Shown here piece after piece: positions 8,355 to 18,400 of a DNA stretch of 64,000 bases. Location: the IMG/VR virus record IMGVR_UViG_3300028888_000122, positions 7,976 to 71,975 of that record, one strand, 5' to 3'. Origin of the DNA: a virus (taxonomy: Duplodnaviria; Caudoviricetes). The notes beneath the pieces are model-generated. The model worked only from the letters and a program-made list of their open reading frames with translations. It made no database searches and was not told where the DNA came from. Positions within the stretch are counted from its first letter, which is position 1. Every line of letters begins with the position of its first letter. A program made the translations under genes and the position numbers.

Positions 8355-11300
8355 ATGGCAGACAGTGAATTTGGTCAGTTGTGGGCGGAACTCAACTTAA
8401 AAAACGAAGTCTCTCCGCAACTCCGTCAGATTATAAACGACTTCAAACTCGTTGACCAATCCGTGCAAAGGACGAAGAAAGCCTTACAGGAGTTCAGCGA
8501 AGTAGAAATAACCAAGAACACCAACGAGATTGAGAAGAATTGGCGCTCAGTCCGTGGCGCGGTCATTGACTACAAGACCGAGATTGACAAATTAAAGGCA
8601 AAGCTCAAAGAGTTAGACAGCCTCGGCATCGGCCGAGAAGCCAATGCGTACCGAAAGTACGAAGAAGAGTTGAAAAAACTCATCAGCCTGCGCGAGCAAC
8701 TTATGCGCCGCAACAGGCGAGGAGACATCATCGGCACTGACGACATTACACGATACAAGTCTGAGTTTCAAATAGTTAAGAAAGAAATAGCCAATACTGA
8801 TGTACAAGCCAAGCGTCTTGTTGACACACAAAGGCAGAACATCTCGGCGGTAGAAAAGATGGTGGCGCAGTACGACAAGATGGCCACGTCCCTTGCAAGC
8901 ACACGCCAGACCGCCCTTGACAGCGGTATGACGAAGATGGGCACGCAGTACCTCGAGAACACCGTTCAACGCATCAAAGCCGTTGCCGACACCTTGCGTC
9001 AAGCATTGAGCAACCCCGCTTCGCTGACCACGAACATGGTGCAGCAGATGTCCGCGCAGTTCGACCAGCTTGAGGCCAGGGCGAAGCGACAGGCCGAGAG
9101 CATACGCACCCAGATGTCTGCCCGCATGCTTTTCTCCGACAGCACGACCGCGGTAGCCACTATGGAGACTGCCGTTGAGCGCTTGCGCAACAAGCTGCGC
9201 GCCCTTAAAGAAGACAAAAAAATCACCGTTGACACCACGGAACTTGAAAGAGCGAAGAGCAACATCGAGCAATTCATTGCAAGATACAGGCAGGCACTCG
9301 CGTCGCCGAACTTCAGCAAAGGCGAAGCAAGGCGTCTTGCCGAAGAATACCGTGTTTTGACCGAAGAAGCGCGCAAAGCCGGTGTTGTCGTTGACGGTCT
9401 CGCCCAGGCGCAGAGGCGCGCCAATGCCGCAAGTTCAGCCGCAGCAGCGGCCAACATCAGGCAGACCGCGGAAGCCTTGCAGCAGACCCGTGCCGCCTTC
9501 GACCCGATTATCCAGAAGATGCAACAGTTGCAGAGTGTCACCACCCGCACAGGAGTCATCTGGGAGCAGTTCAAGACGCAGATAGCATTCACCGCCTTCT
9601 CCGTTTACGGCCTTGAGCATTTCCTCAAGAGCATCATCACTGTCGGCGGTGAGTTCGAGCGTCAGAGAGTTGCACTGCAGAACATGCTCGGCGATATGCG
9701 CGAAGCCACCGAGATTTTCGGCCAGTTGAAGAACCTTGCCCTTGAGTCTCCATTCACATTCCGCCAATTGTCCACATACACCAAGCAGTTAGCCGCCTTC
9801 TCCATCCCTTACGAAGAGTTGTACGACACAAACAGGCGCTTGTCTGATATGTCCGCAGGTCTCGGTGTTGACATGAGTCGATTGATTTTGGCCTACGGCC
9901 AGGTGCGAGCCGCCACCGTCCTGCGTGGCCAGGAGTTACGTCAGTTCACTGAGGCCGGTGTTCCTATGGTAGAGAAGTTGGCCGATTACTTCACCAAGTT
10001 AAACGGCGAGTTAGTTACCACTCGTGACATCTTCACGATGATCTCCAAGAAGCAGGTACCGTTTGAGGCCGTGCGTGCCGTTATGCAGGAGATGACCGAC
10101 GAAGGCGGTATGTTCTACAACATGCAGGCGAAGATTGCCGACACGTTGAGCGGACGTTGGGGCAACTTAAAAGACGCATGGGAAATCATGCTCGGTTCAC
10201 TTGCAGACAGCGAGTCGTTGATGGGTACCATTTTAAAGATTGCTGTTGAAGGTATTACATCTGTAATACGCCATTTGACAATTCTGTCTGGCATCCTTGG
10301 TGGCCTCGCAACAGGTAAGGCTCTTGCGGGGCTTGGCCTTGTTTCGTATGGAGCAATGGGCGGGGCAATGACTGGCAGCACAGACAAATATTATCTCAAA
10401 GCAAAGCAGATGCGCGCAATGGAGCTTCAACGCCTTGCCTTAACCAAAGAGCTTGACCCGATAGAGCGCAACATCCTTGCCACAAAGAACAAAATCACAG
10501 TTGCCGACCGCATCTCCATGATACGCAACGGTCAGATTGACCAGTATCAAACAGCAATTTTGATGAAGAACTCCCAATTATCAAGAGTGCAGATGATGCG
10601 CCTTGCCCTTGAGAACGGCATGACAAAAGAGGAGATTCGTCAACTCGCTATACAACAGCAACAACTTGTCACACAAACGAAAGGCGCTTTGGTTTGGGGA
10701 CGGCTCAAGCAGACCATTGGCGGATTCTTTAGTGGAGTGAATTTGGCATCGCTTGGTATCACGGCTGGCATTATGGCTATCGGGGCGATTGTCGGCCATC
10801 TCGTTCAAAAATACAACGAACTGAGAGAGGCACAGAAAAAAGTAGCCGAAGAAGCGAGGACAACAAACGAAGACATATCAAAATTCCTTGCATCCAATCA
10901 GCTATCAAGCGATATGGACGCAGAAACGGCGAGACGAGCTGTTGAAAAATACGACGAAGAGCTAAAGAAGGTTTCTCCCAACTACCTTGAAATAAGGTCT
11001 AAAATTATCGGCGAACACGGAGAGAGCCCGCAAGAGCAGGCGATGGCTTACCGAGACGCCCTGCAAGACGCAATGAATGGTGCGTACCTCGAATCCGAGA
11101 GAGGCACGGCTAAAATGCTTATTGCGGAGAACGACCTCCCTGGTTGGAACGACGCGAGTGATCTGTTCAATAAAGAGGCACAGATGGCACAGCGGATGCG
11201 TGAAGCCATCAACAACCTCGCTCCTCAACGCATCATCGACCTTGCTCAGAATATGCAGAGCCTTAACTGGTGGACTAAAGAAGAAGTAAGAGAACTTGTA

Positions 11301-14300
11301 AATGCTGGCAAAAAAGTCGATGCTATGCGTCTTATTATGGAGGATGCCGGTACAACGAGTTTCAATGTTCTTGGTATCAGCGGCGAGGTGGGCATGGCCA
11401 ATGCGGGTTATATGTCTGACAGGGCGACGCAATTTATCGAAGACATGGCCGAACGAATTAGGACGCAGTGGAGTGAATATTTCGAGAACGGGCAGTTCCA
11501 GGAAGGCAAACAAATGGCGGCGTCAGCGAAGGAGGGCATTATGCAGGCTCTCCGCAATTATGTGTCCGTTGCTGGCTACGATGAACAGGCAGGAAAGAAC
11601 TTCATCCTTGCCATGTCTCAAAACCTGTTCGGCAACGCGACAGGTGCCGCAGAAATGCTTGCAGATGCCTTTGTGAAAGAATATGCCGGGCAGAAAGATG
11701 CCTTCATTAAAGCCGCAAAAGATGCGGGAGATAAGCTACCTCCAGAATACGAGAGCCAGCTTCACGCCCTCGCTAACAGCATCGCGTTTTCAAACGGAAG
11801 GTTCAGGGATTCTGTCAACTCCATCTTTGCAGACCCGATGAACCTTGTCCAGACAATTCTATTAAAGTTCAATGTTGACACAAAACTTGAGCCGTGGCAA
11901 GAGAAACTCATTGAAGATTTCGGAGATAAGTATGCTGCAACAATCAAGGCCGCTCCAGATATTCCATCTGCGCTTGAGGCAATTACAAAACTCTATAAAG
12001 AGGCAAAAGAGAAGATGCAGAGTTTTGGCGGTATCAACCTACCCATCAACCTAAATATAAAAACGCCCAGTCCGATTAAGACTGAAGGTAAATGGTGGGA
12101 AGACTTGCTGCCTTGGCAGAGACAGGCTGTTGAGCAATACAACGAGCAGGCCACGATCATGGAGAACTTCAAGAAAAATCAAGAGAAATACAATCTCAAG
12201 GAACCGAAAATGAAGGGCGAAAAATCGTCAAGAAAGACTGAACGAAAAGAGGACAAGGAATTACAGGCATGGCAGCGTCATGTCGAGTTGTACAAGAAGT
12301 TCCTTGACCAGTATCGCGAACTCACCAAGATGTACGGCGAGAAAGAAGCCCTCGACAAGTTGCAGACCTCGAAAGCCTACGAGTGGATTGTATCGTTTGC
12401 CAAAGCGCGCGGTCTTGACGTGACCGACATCGACTCGATGAACGAAGCCCTGAACAGCATCCTTAACGTCAACAAGGGCGACAAGCAGAAGCGCAGGGAT
12501 GCGATGGCCAAGCGAACCGCAGACCTCGAAGCCGAAGGTTACAAGCGTGCAGGAGAGACGTTAAAGCGCCTCAACGACGAACTTAACGAGCAATTAAAGA
12601 TACTCAACGACCAGTATGACGCTTATCAGAAGATTTTCCAGATTACTGGCAACCGCGAAGGTGCCATGCAACTTGCTTTTGGCGGTAACGTCACCAACGA
12701 GCGCTACGTCGATGAACTCACCGAGCAACTGCGTGATGCACTGAGGAAAGTGAATTGGTCTGGCACCATTGATCAAGCCCTTGAAATGACCAAGGAACAG
12801 GTCAATAAAACCTTTGGTGAGGAGAGTGAGGCTGCCAACCTCATCAACAAAACGAAGGAAGAGCGCAACAAGTTGGAAAAAGAGTACATCGACATCCTCG
12901 CCAATGCGCTCTCGTCCGACATGTCGCTTGAAGATAAGCGTGCCGAGGCCGTGCGTAAGTACAATGAGGAGTTGCGCAAACTCATTGAACTGCGCAACAA
13001 GGCCACTACCGAAGAAGGTAAAGCGCAGGTACAGGCTGGCATTGATGCACTCACAAATACCCACAACCGCAACATGGCGGGTTATGACACCAAGATTTTT
13101 GAGCGTGATGTTAACATCGGCGGTTTGATGAACAACTTGTCCGCCATGAGCACCTATATGCTCACCGGCATCCTTGACAGGCTCAAGATACAGCGCAGGC
13201 GTTACGAAGGCGACCGAACTGACGAAGGAATCGCAGAGTACAACCGCCTGACCGAACAAATCAACAAGATTACCGATGTTCTCACCGAGCGTGGCAGTCT
13301 TTTCAGTATGTTCAAAGAAGCATTCTCCGATGTCAACGAAGACATCACCTACGGCAAGAACGGGCGGCCGATAGTCAGCGGAGCAACCGCTGCGAGGTAC
13401 GGGTTGAAAGAAGGTCAAGAGATTGACTTTGATACGGAAGCCCGCATCCGCAATATGGAAAAACTGCGCAAATTATCTGCGGCTATTGACAAAACGTCGA
13501 AGGCATTCAAGGACATCGAGACCATTCTCAAACCCGTCATCGACCTATTCGATGCACTCGGGCAAGAAGACACCATCCTCGGTCAAGGTCTGCAGGCCGG
13601 CAGCAACGCCTTGTCTGCCGCAGGTTCTACCGCAGGTGCCTTTAACAACCTCGCACAAGCCGCAGGGCCAGACAGCCCCATCGGTTCGCTGTTGAGCAAA
13701 GCAGGCCCATACGGAGCCGCAGCAGCCGCCGCGTTGAGCGTTGCTACCACCATCTTCCAACTGCACGACAAAGCCCTGCAGAAAGAAATCGAGGCGAGCG
13801 AAGCCAGGCAGAAAGAGATGGAAGACCTGACGAACAATCTTGAGAAAATACTTGAGCGATCGTTAGGTGGGATCTATACTGCAGGTATGGACGAAAACAT
13901 GAGGAAGCGATATGAGAGCGCCACCCTGTCGCAACGAGGATTCACAGAAGAGAACATGTACCGCTTTGGCGGAATCTCTGGTATTCTTTCTGCATTAAGA
14001 GAAGCATCGGCTTATTCAAAAGAGACGCTTGCGGCGATGAAAGAAGCGCTGGAATCCGACTCCTTCTACGACGCCAACTATGCGGCTTTGCTTGCACAGC
14101 GTGACGAGATGCAGAAACAGCTTGAACTCGAGCGCAAGAAAAAGAAGAAAGACGACAGCGCAATCTCCGACCTTGAGCAACAACTTATTGAGATGGAAGA
14201 CACGCTCAAGTACTATGCAATAGACATGGCCAAGCAAATCTACGACATTGACATCAAGTCGTGGGCCAACGAGCTTGCAGAGACCATTATTGACGCATGG

Positions 14301-14876
14301 GCCAAGGGAGAAGATGCCGTAGAGGCGTACAAGAACAAGGTTAAGGAAATGATGCGAAGTCTTGCTGTGAATATCGTGGCGCAGAAGGTTATGGAGCCGT
14401 TGTTAAAGCCCGTTGAAGATTTCATCACCAACGAGATGAACAACAAAAACGGCATGCTTGACGAAAACTCCATTATCAGCATCGCCAACATCTTGATGCA
14501 GCAGACCGACGAAGGTGTGCGCGTCATCACCGGCATCCTTGACAGGCTCAAAGCCGCAGGTTGGGATTTGAGTGACGCAGAAGACAACGCCAGCACACTG
14601 GGCAAAGGCATCGCAAGCATCACCGAAGACACTGCAGACCTGTTGGCAAGTTACATCAACGCCATCCGTGCCGATGTAGCAGCCATGCGAGCCCTTGAAG
14701 AGCGGGTCATCGAGGGCGGGTTTACAGAGATCAACTCAAACCTCACCCTACAGTTGACCGAGTTACGCAATATCAGCACGTTTGCAGAGCGCAACGCCCT
14801 TGCCGCCGAGCGGATACTTGACCTTTTCAACAGCGTCACGACCGTCGGCAGTAACGGAAGAAAAGTCAGGGTTTAA
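8355..14876 (+). CDS. Tail tape measure protein
   Basis: 2173 aa, helical; TMP motif region (RLILAYGQVRAATVLRGQELRQFTEAGVP; TLSGRWGNLKDAWE). Confidence 0.93.
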   Translation: MADSEFGQLWAELNLKNEVSPQLRQIINDFKLVDQSVQRTKKALQEFSEVEITKNTNEIEKNWRSVRGAVIDYKTEIDKLKAKLKELDSLGIGREANAYRKYEEELKKLISLREQLMRRNRRGDIIGTDDITRYKSEFQIVKKEIANTDVQAKRLVDTQRQNISAVEKMVAQYDKMATSLASTRQTALDSGMTKMGTQYLENTVQRIKAVADTLRQALSNPASLTTNMVQQMSAQFDQLEARAKRQAESIRTQMSARMLFSDSTTAVATMETAVERLRNKLRALKEDKKITVDTTELERAKSNIEQFIARYRQALASPNFSKGEARRLAEEYRVLTEEARKAGVVVDGLAQAQRRANAASSAAAAANIRQTAEALQQTRAAFDPIIQKMQQLQSVTTRTGVIWEQFKTQIAFTAFSVYGLEHFLKSIITVGGEFERQRVALQNMLGDMREATEIFGQLKNLALESPFTFRQLSTYTKQLAAFSIPYEELYDTNRRLSDMSAGLGVDMSRLILAYGQVRAATVLRGQELRQFTEAGVPMVEKLADYFTKLNGELVTTRDIFTMISKKQVPFEAVRAVMQEMTDEGGMFYNMQAKIADTLSGRWGNLKDAWEIMLGSLADSESLMGTILKIAVEGITSVIRHLTILSGILGGLATGKALAGLGLVSYGAMGGAMTGSTDKYYLKAKQMRAMELQRLALTKELDPIERNILATKNKITVADRISMIRNGQIDQYQTAILMKNSQLSRVQMMRLALENGMTKEEIRQLAIQQQQLVTQTKGALVWGRLKQTIGGFFSGVNLASLGITAGIMAIGAIVGHLVQKYNELREAQKKVAEEARTTNEDISKFLASNQLSSDMDAETARRAVEKYDEELKKVSPNYLEIRSKIIGEHGESPQEQAMAYRDALQDAMNGAYLESERGTAKMLIAENDLPGWNDASDLFNKEAQMAQRMREAINNLAPQRIIDLAQNMQSLNWWTKEEVRELVNAGKKVDAMRLIMEDAGTTSFNVLGISGEVGMANAGYMSDRATQFIEDMAERIRTQWSEYFENGQFQEGKQMAASAKEGIMQALRNYVSVAGYDEQAGKNFILAMSQNLFGNATGAAEMLADAFVKEYAGQKDAFIKAAKDAGDKLPPEYESQLHALANSIAFSNGRFRDSVNSIFADPMNLVQTILLKFNVDTKLEPWQEKLIEDFGDKYAATIKAAPDIPSALEAITKLYKEAKEKMQSFGGINLPINLNIKTPSPIKTEGKWWEDLLPWQRQAVEQYNEQATIMENFKKNQEKYNLKEPKMKGEKSSRKTERKEDKELQAWQRHVELYKKFLDQYRELTKMYGEKEALDKLQTSKAYEWIVSFAKARGLDVTDIDSMNEALNSILNVNKGDKQKRRDAMAKRTADLEAEGYKRAGETLKRLNDELNEQLKILNDQYDAYQKIFQITGNREGAMQLAFGGNVTNERYVDELTEQLRDALRKVNWSGTIDQALEMTKEQVNKTFGEESEAANLINKTKEERNKLEKEYIDILANALSSDMSLEDKRAEAVRKYNEELRKLIELRNKATTEEGKAQVQAGIDALTNTHNRNMAGYDTKIFERDVNIGGLMNNLSAMSTYMLTGILDRLKIQRRRYEGDRTDEGIAEYNRLTEQINKITDVLTERGSLFSMFKEAFSDVNEDITYGKNGRPIVSGATAARYGLKEGQEIDFDTEARIRNMEKLRKLSAAIDKTSKAFKDIETILKPVIDLFDALGQEDTILGQGLQAGSNALSAAGSTAGAFNNLAQAAGPDSPIGSLLSKAGPYGAAAAAALSVATTIFQLHDKALQKEIEASEARQKEMEDLTNNLEKILERSLGGIYTAGMDENMRKRYESATLSQRGFTEENMYRFGGISGILSALREASAYSKETLAAMKEALESDSFYDANYAALLAQRDEMQKQLELERKKKKKDDSAISDLEQQLIEMEDTLKYYAIDMAKQIYDIDIKSWANELAETIIDAWAKGEDAVEAYKNKVKEMMRSLAVNIVAQKVMEPLLKPVEDFITNEMNNKNGMLDENSIISIANILMQQTDEGVRVITGILDRLKAAGWDLSDAEDNASTLGKGIASITEDTADLLASYINAIRADVAAMRALEERVIEGGFTEINSNLTLQLTELRNISTFAERNALAAERILDLFNSVTTVGSNGRKVRV

Positions 14877-14901
14877 TCGCTTTGTTTTAATCATAATCAT
14901 T

Positions 14902-14929
14902 GGGGCGGCGCAAAACCGCCTCATTTTTT
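14902..14929 (+). terminator. Intrinsic terminator after the tape measure gene
   Basis: GGGGCGG...CCGCCTC stem followed by a T6 tract. Confidence 0.7.
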
Positions 14930-14939
14930 ATGCAAATTT

Positions 14940-14973
14940 TCTATATTTATACCATTTTATTGTATATCTTTGC
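14940..14973 (+). promoter_or_regulatory. Sigma-A promoter for the tail-tip genes
   Basis: TATCTTTG (TAnnTTTG) about 17 nt before ATG 14990. Confidence 0.55.
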
Positions 14974-14989
14974 GTAATAAACAATAACT

Positions 14990-15496
14990 ATGGCAATAGA
15001 GAAGGTGTACATACAGAAAGAGGCGGTTATTAGGGATAGAGTTTCTCCCGTATATGACCCATCGACTCCCGCGACAAGCAACCGAGCCTGGGGCGAGATA
15101 TACACCAACAGCATACCATTCACAATGTTCGGCGATGTCAAAGACTTGTATAGCAACGATTGGCATGACGAGCACGGCATAGAAGAATACGCCGATGAAG
15201 TCCACGGCTTGTACCGCAAGCATTACGACATGGATGTCAAGTGGATATACAAAGGCGACAAATATAGCGCCAATTCCCATATCAAAGGGTTCCTTGACTA
15301 CTTGTCAGGGAGAGACGGTCTCGGCGTGTGGTTCAAGATTTACTGCACATGGACGAGAATCGGGCGCCAACACGTCCGCCTCCTTAAAGTTGACCCGAGT
15401 GCAGAGCTCGTGCGCAACGGAGGCGGCGATGTTATTGTTTTCAAAACGACTCTTAGGGTATGTGACCCTGTCACCGACATAACACTGGCGATATAA
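14990..15496 (+). CDS. Distal tail protein (Dit-like)
   Basis: 168 aa between tape measure and the large tail-tip gene. Confidence 0.6.
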   Translation: MAIEKVYIQKEAVIRDRVSPVYDPSTPATSNRAWGEIYTNSIPFTMFGDVKDLYSNDWHDEHGIEEYADEVHGLYRKHYDMDVKWIYKGDKYSANSHIKGFLDYLSGRDGLGVWFKIYCTWTRIGRQHVRLLKVDPSAELVRNGGGDVIVFKTTLRVCDPVTDITLAI

Positions 15497-18400
15497 TGGT
15501 TGATATAACGATATACAGCAAGAACGGCACCGAGAAGGCCGTTGTGAAGACCCTCGAATACGACGGGACTTTCATGGGCGACCGTTATGTCACCGTTTCT
15601 GTCAGTTCGCCTACCGTAATAGACTGGGCTATTGGCGACTATCTGGAATACCGTGGCGAGCGGTGGTCATTATGGCTATTGCCCGCCACGAGTAAGGTGG
15701 CGCGAGTAAGCACTTACGGCGGTGCTATCGAATACAAAGACATCCGTTTCAGTCCAACGGAAGAAGAATTGAGGCGCTGTTCATTTCTTGATGTCGTCCT
15801 TCAAGACAACGAAATCCACTACACCAGTCTGCCTAATTTCTCCTTCTATTGTGCCACGGCGAAAGACCTCGCCGACCGCATCCAGGCGAACCTCGACAGG
15901 TTGTATCCCGGTCAGTGGACTATCATCGCCAATCCAGCCGCGTCGATTACCGACCAATCGCTGACCTTCTCAAACAACAGTTGTTGGGAGGCCCTTGCTG
16001 TAGCCAACACCACATTGGGCTTGAACTTTATCATCGACAGCGTCAATCGGCAAATCACCATTGGTGGTGAAGGAGCGTTTATCGAGACCCAAATGGAGTA
16101 CGGTTTCGGCAAGGGTCTAAAGAGCGTTGAGCGCACCATTGACGACAACCAGCAAGTCATCAACCGCTTGTATGCCTATGGGAACACGAGAAACCTGCCT
16201 TATCGTTTTTACAATAAACGTTATCCAGAAGGCTCGTCGGTTTTTGACATGGTGCAATCCATGTACCTTCCCAACCTTATGCTCCCCGGTATTTGTCGCG
16301 GTTGGAGAACCGCTGACGCAGTCAATTATCTCGACGATAACGGATGCGTCTATAAAGACTACGGAGCCGAAGGCCAAGAGCTCACCTACGACCAGTCCAT
16401 CCATTGGTACAAAAACCCAGACGGAAGCGATTACGAAGGCACCATTTACACATTGTGGAAGCATTACTCGTTAAGCGAAGACAGAGCGATGTACTATTGC
16501 GACCGCGTATGGATCGAGAGCAACGACAGTGTCAAGAAATGCGGAGTCCAAGAAGGTGTTAAATTCTTCGACGGGAGTGACGACCTTGTTGACGACATCT
16601 ACCCATCCATCACAGGTTTCAGCTCCACCGAAGCCCTTGCGGAAGCATTAGGCGACGAAGAAGCCGCTGCGCAAAACCTCACTTACGAGCAAGGTGTACT
16701 TGATGAAATCCTTTCAGCTACCGTCGATTCGTGGGACGGCATCATTCCAGAAGAGCAAGAGACAACGCCAACGTTCTATATCCGCATCAAGAACATCGGT
16801 TTTGACTTGAGCGACGCAGAGCTTGATGCCAGCGGCGACACGCCGAGGTTGTCGATGAAAAGCGGCATGTGTACAGGCCGAGAGTTCAACATCCTTGAGT
16901 GTAAGAAGCAAGTGTCGGTTAACGGTTCATGGCGAGACTACGACCCTAATAATCCCGTTTCGGGCCCTTGGTCTTATTCGCTCAAATGCGAAGTTGCTGC
17001 AGACGACAGCATCGGCCAATACTTTCCCAACGACAATTTCAGGTTATCATCCGGTGACAGGTTCGTCATTCTTGGCATCAAGATGCCCGATGTATATGTA
17101 GATGTCGCAGAGAACAGGTTGTTAAAAGCCGCCATTGTCTGGTTGAGCGAGAACGACAAGACAGGATATAACTACTCCCCTGCCATCAACAACATCTACA
17201 TGGCAGAGAACCCCGAGACATCCGCCTTGCTCAAAGAAGGCAACGTATTGCATATCTACGACGAAGACCTTGACATTGACGTAGAGATGACCATCTCTCA
17301 GTTCAAGATCAAGAACGACAAGCAGATTCCCGAGTACGAAGTCACGTTGAGCAACGACAAAGAGGCCGACCTTGTGCAGCGTGTCACCGCCCAGGTACAC
17401 CAGTCTTATACGCAGTTTATCGGCGGAAAAGGCGAAGGCGGAAGCAGTATCTACCTTATTGGTACGAACAGCGGTGCTTCACCTACTGACAACAACGCTT
17501 TTTCGGCAAGACGTTCACTGCGTATGTTTCTGCGTAAAGATGTTAACGACACCGCCGCAGGAAAGATAACATTCGAAGGGGGCACCGACACAAAAGAAAG
17601 TGCCGATTTCTCCGACGAAAGAGGTTTCCTCAGCGGCTGGTTAGGCTATGGTGCCAGAATCAGTGGAAGCGGAACGGCTGAATTTGAGTCCGTCGATGTT
17701 CGTGGCGCCTTGCGTGCCGCCGAGCTCGTGTTTAACCAAATCAGGGCAGAGGACGGCGAGAGCATCCGTTCTATCGGTTATGGAGAGATACTTACAGTGA
17801 CACCCGACGTTGGAGCCAGGGGCCAGATACTCAACACCGGCACCGCGACATTAAAACTTGACGGTAACGAATGGGCGACCATAGACACCGAAGATATTTG
17901 CCGAGGGTTATATAACACCATCGCCAAAGACTACGACAACAGCAACGGCGACACCGTTGACGCCAACGGATTCCGTGGCAAAGCAGGTTTTTTCTCGAGT
18001 TATTTCGAGATCACATCCGTGACAAGTTCAAAAGGTTCTTGCGAATTTACCTATCAGTTGCAAGAATCGAATGGCGTTGCCACTTGTGAGCATCCCTGCC
18101 CTTTGATGAAATTCGTTGCATACGGAAACTTCAACAGGGGGAATCTGGAAAGCAAGAAAAAGCGCCAAAGTTGCATCTACACCACCGCTGTCGGTATATC
18201 GCCAAGGAAACTTTTCCTTGCAGGAGTGAAGACATTCGACATAAAGCCGCAGTACATCAAGATAGCCGAAGGCAATATAGAAGGTGTTGTTGTCTTAGAA
18301 GATAACAACGGCACGCCCGTGCAGAAAACTCTTCACGGTGATGCAGGTTTCTTCTGCGAGGACAACATCTACCTCGGCGGCATCATCGACCAGTTTACCG

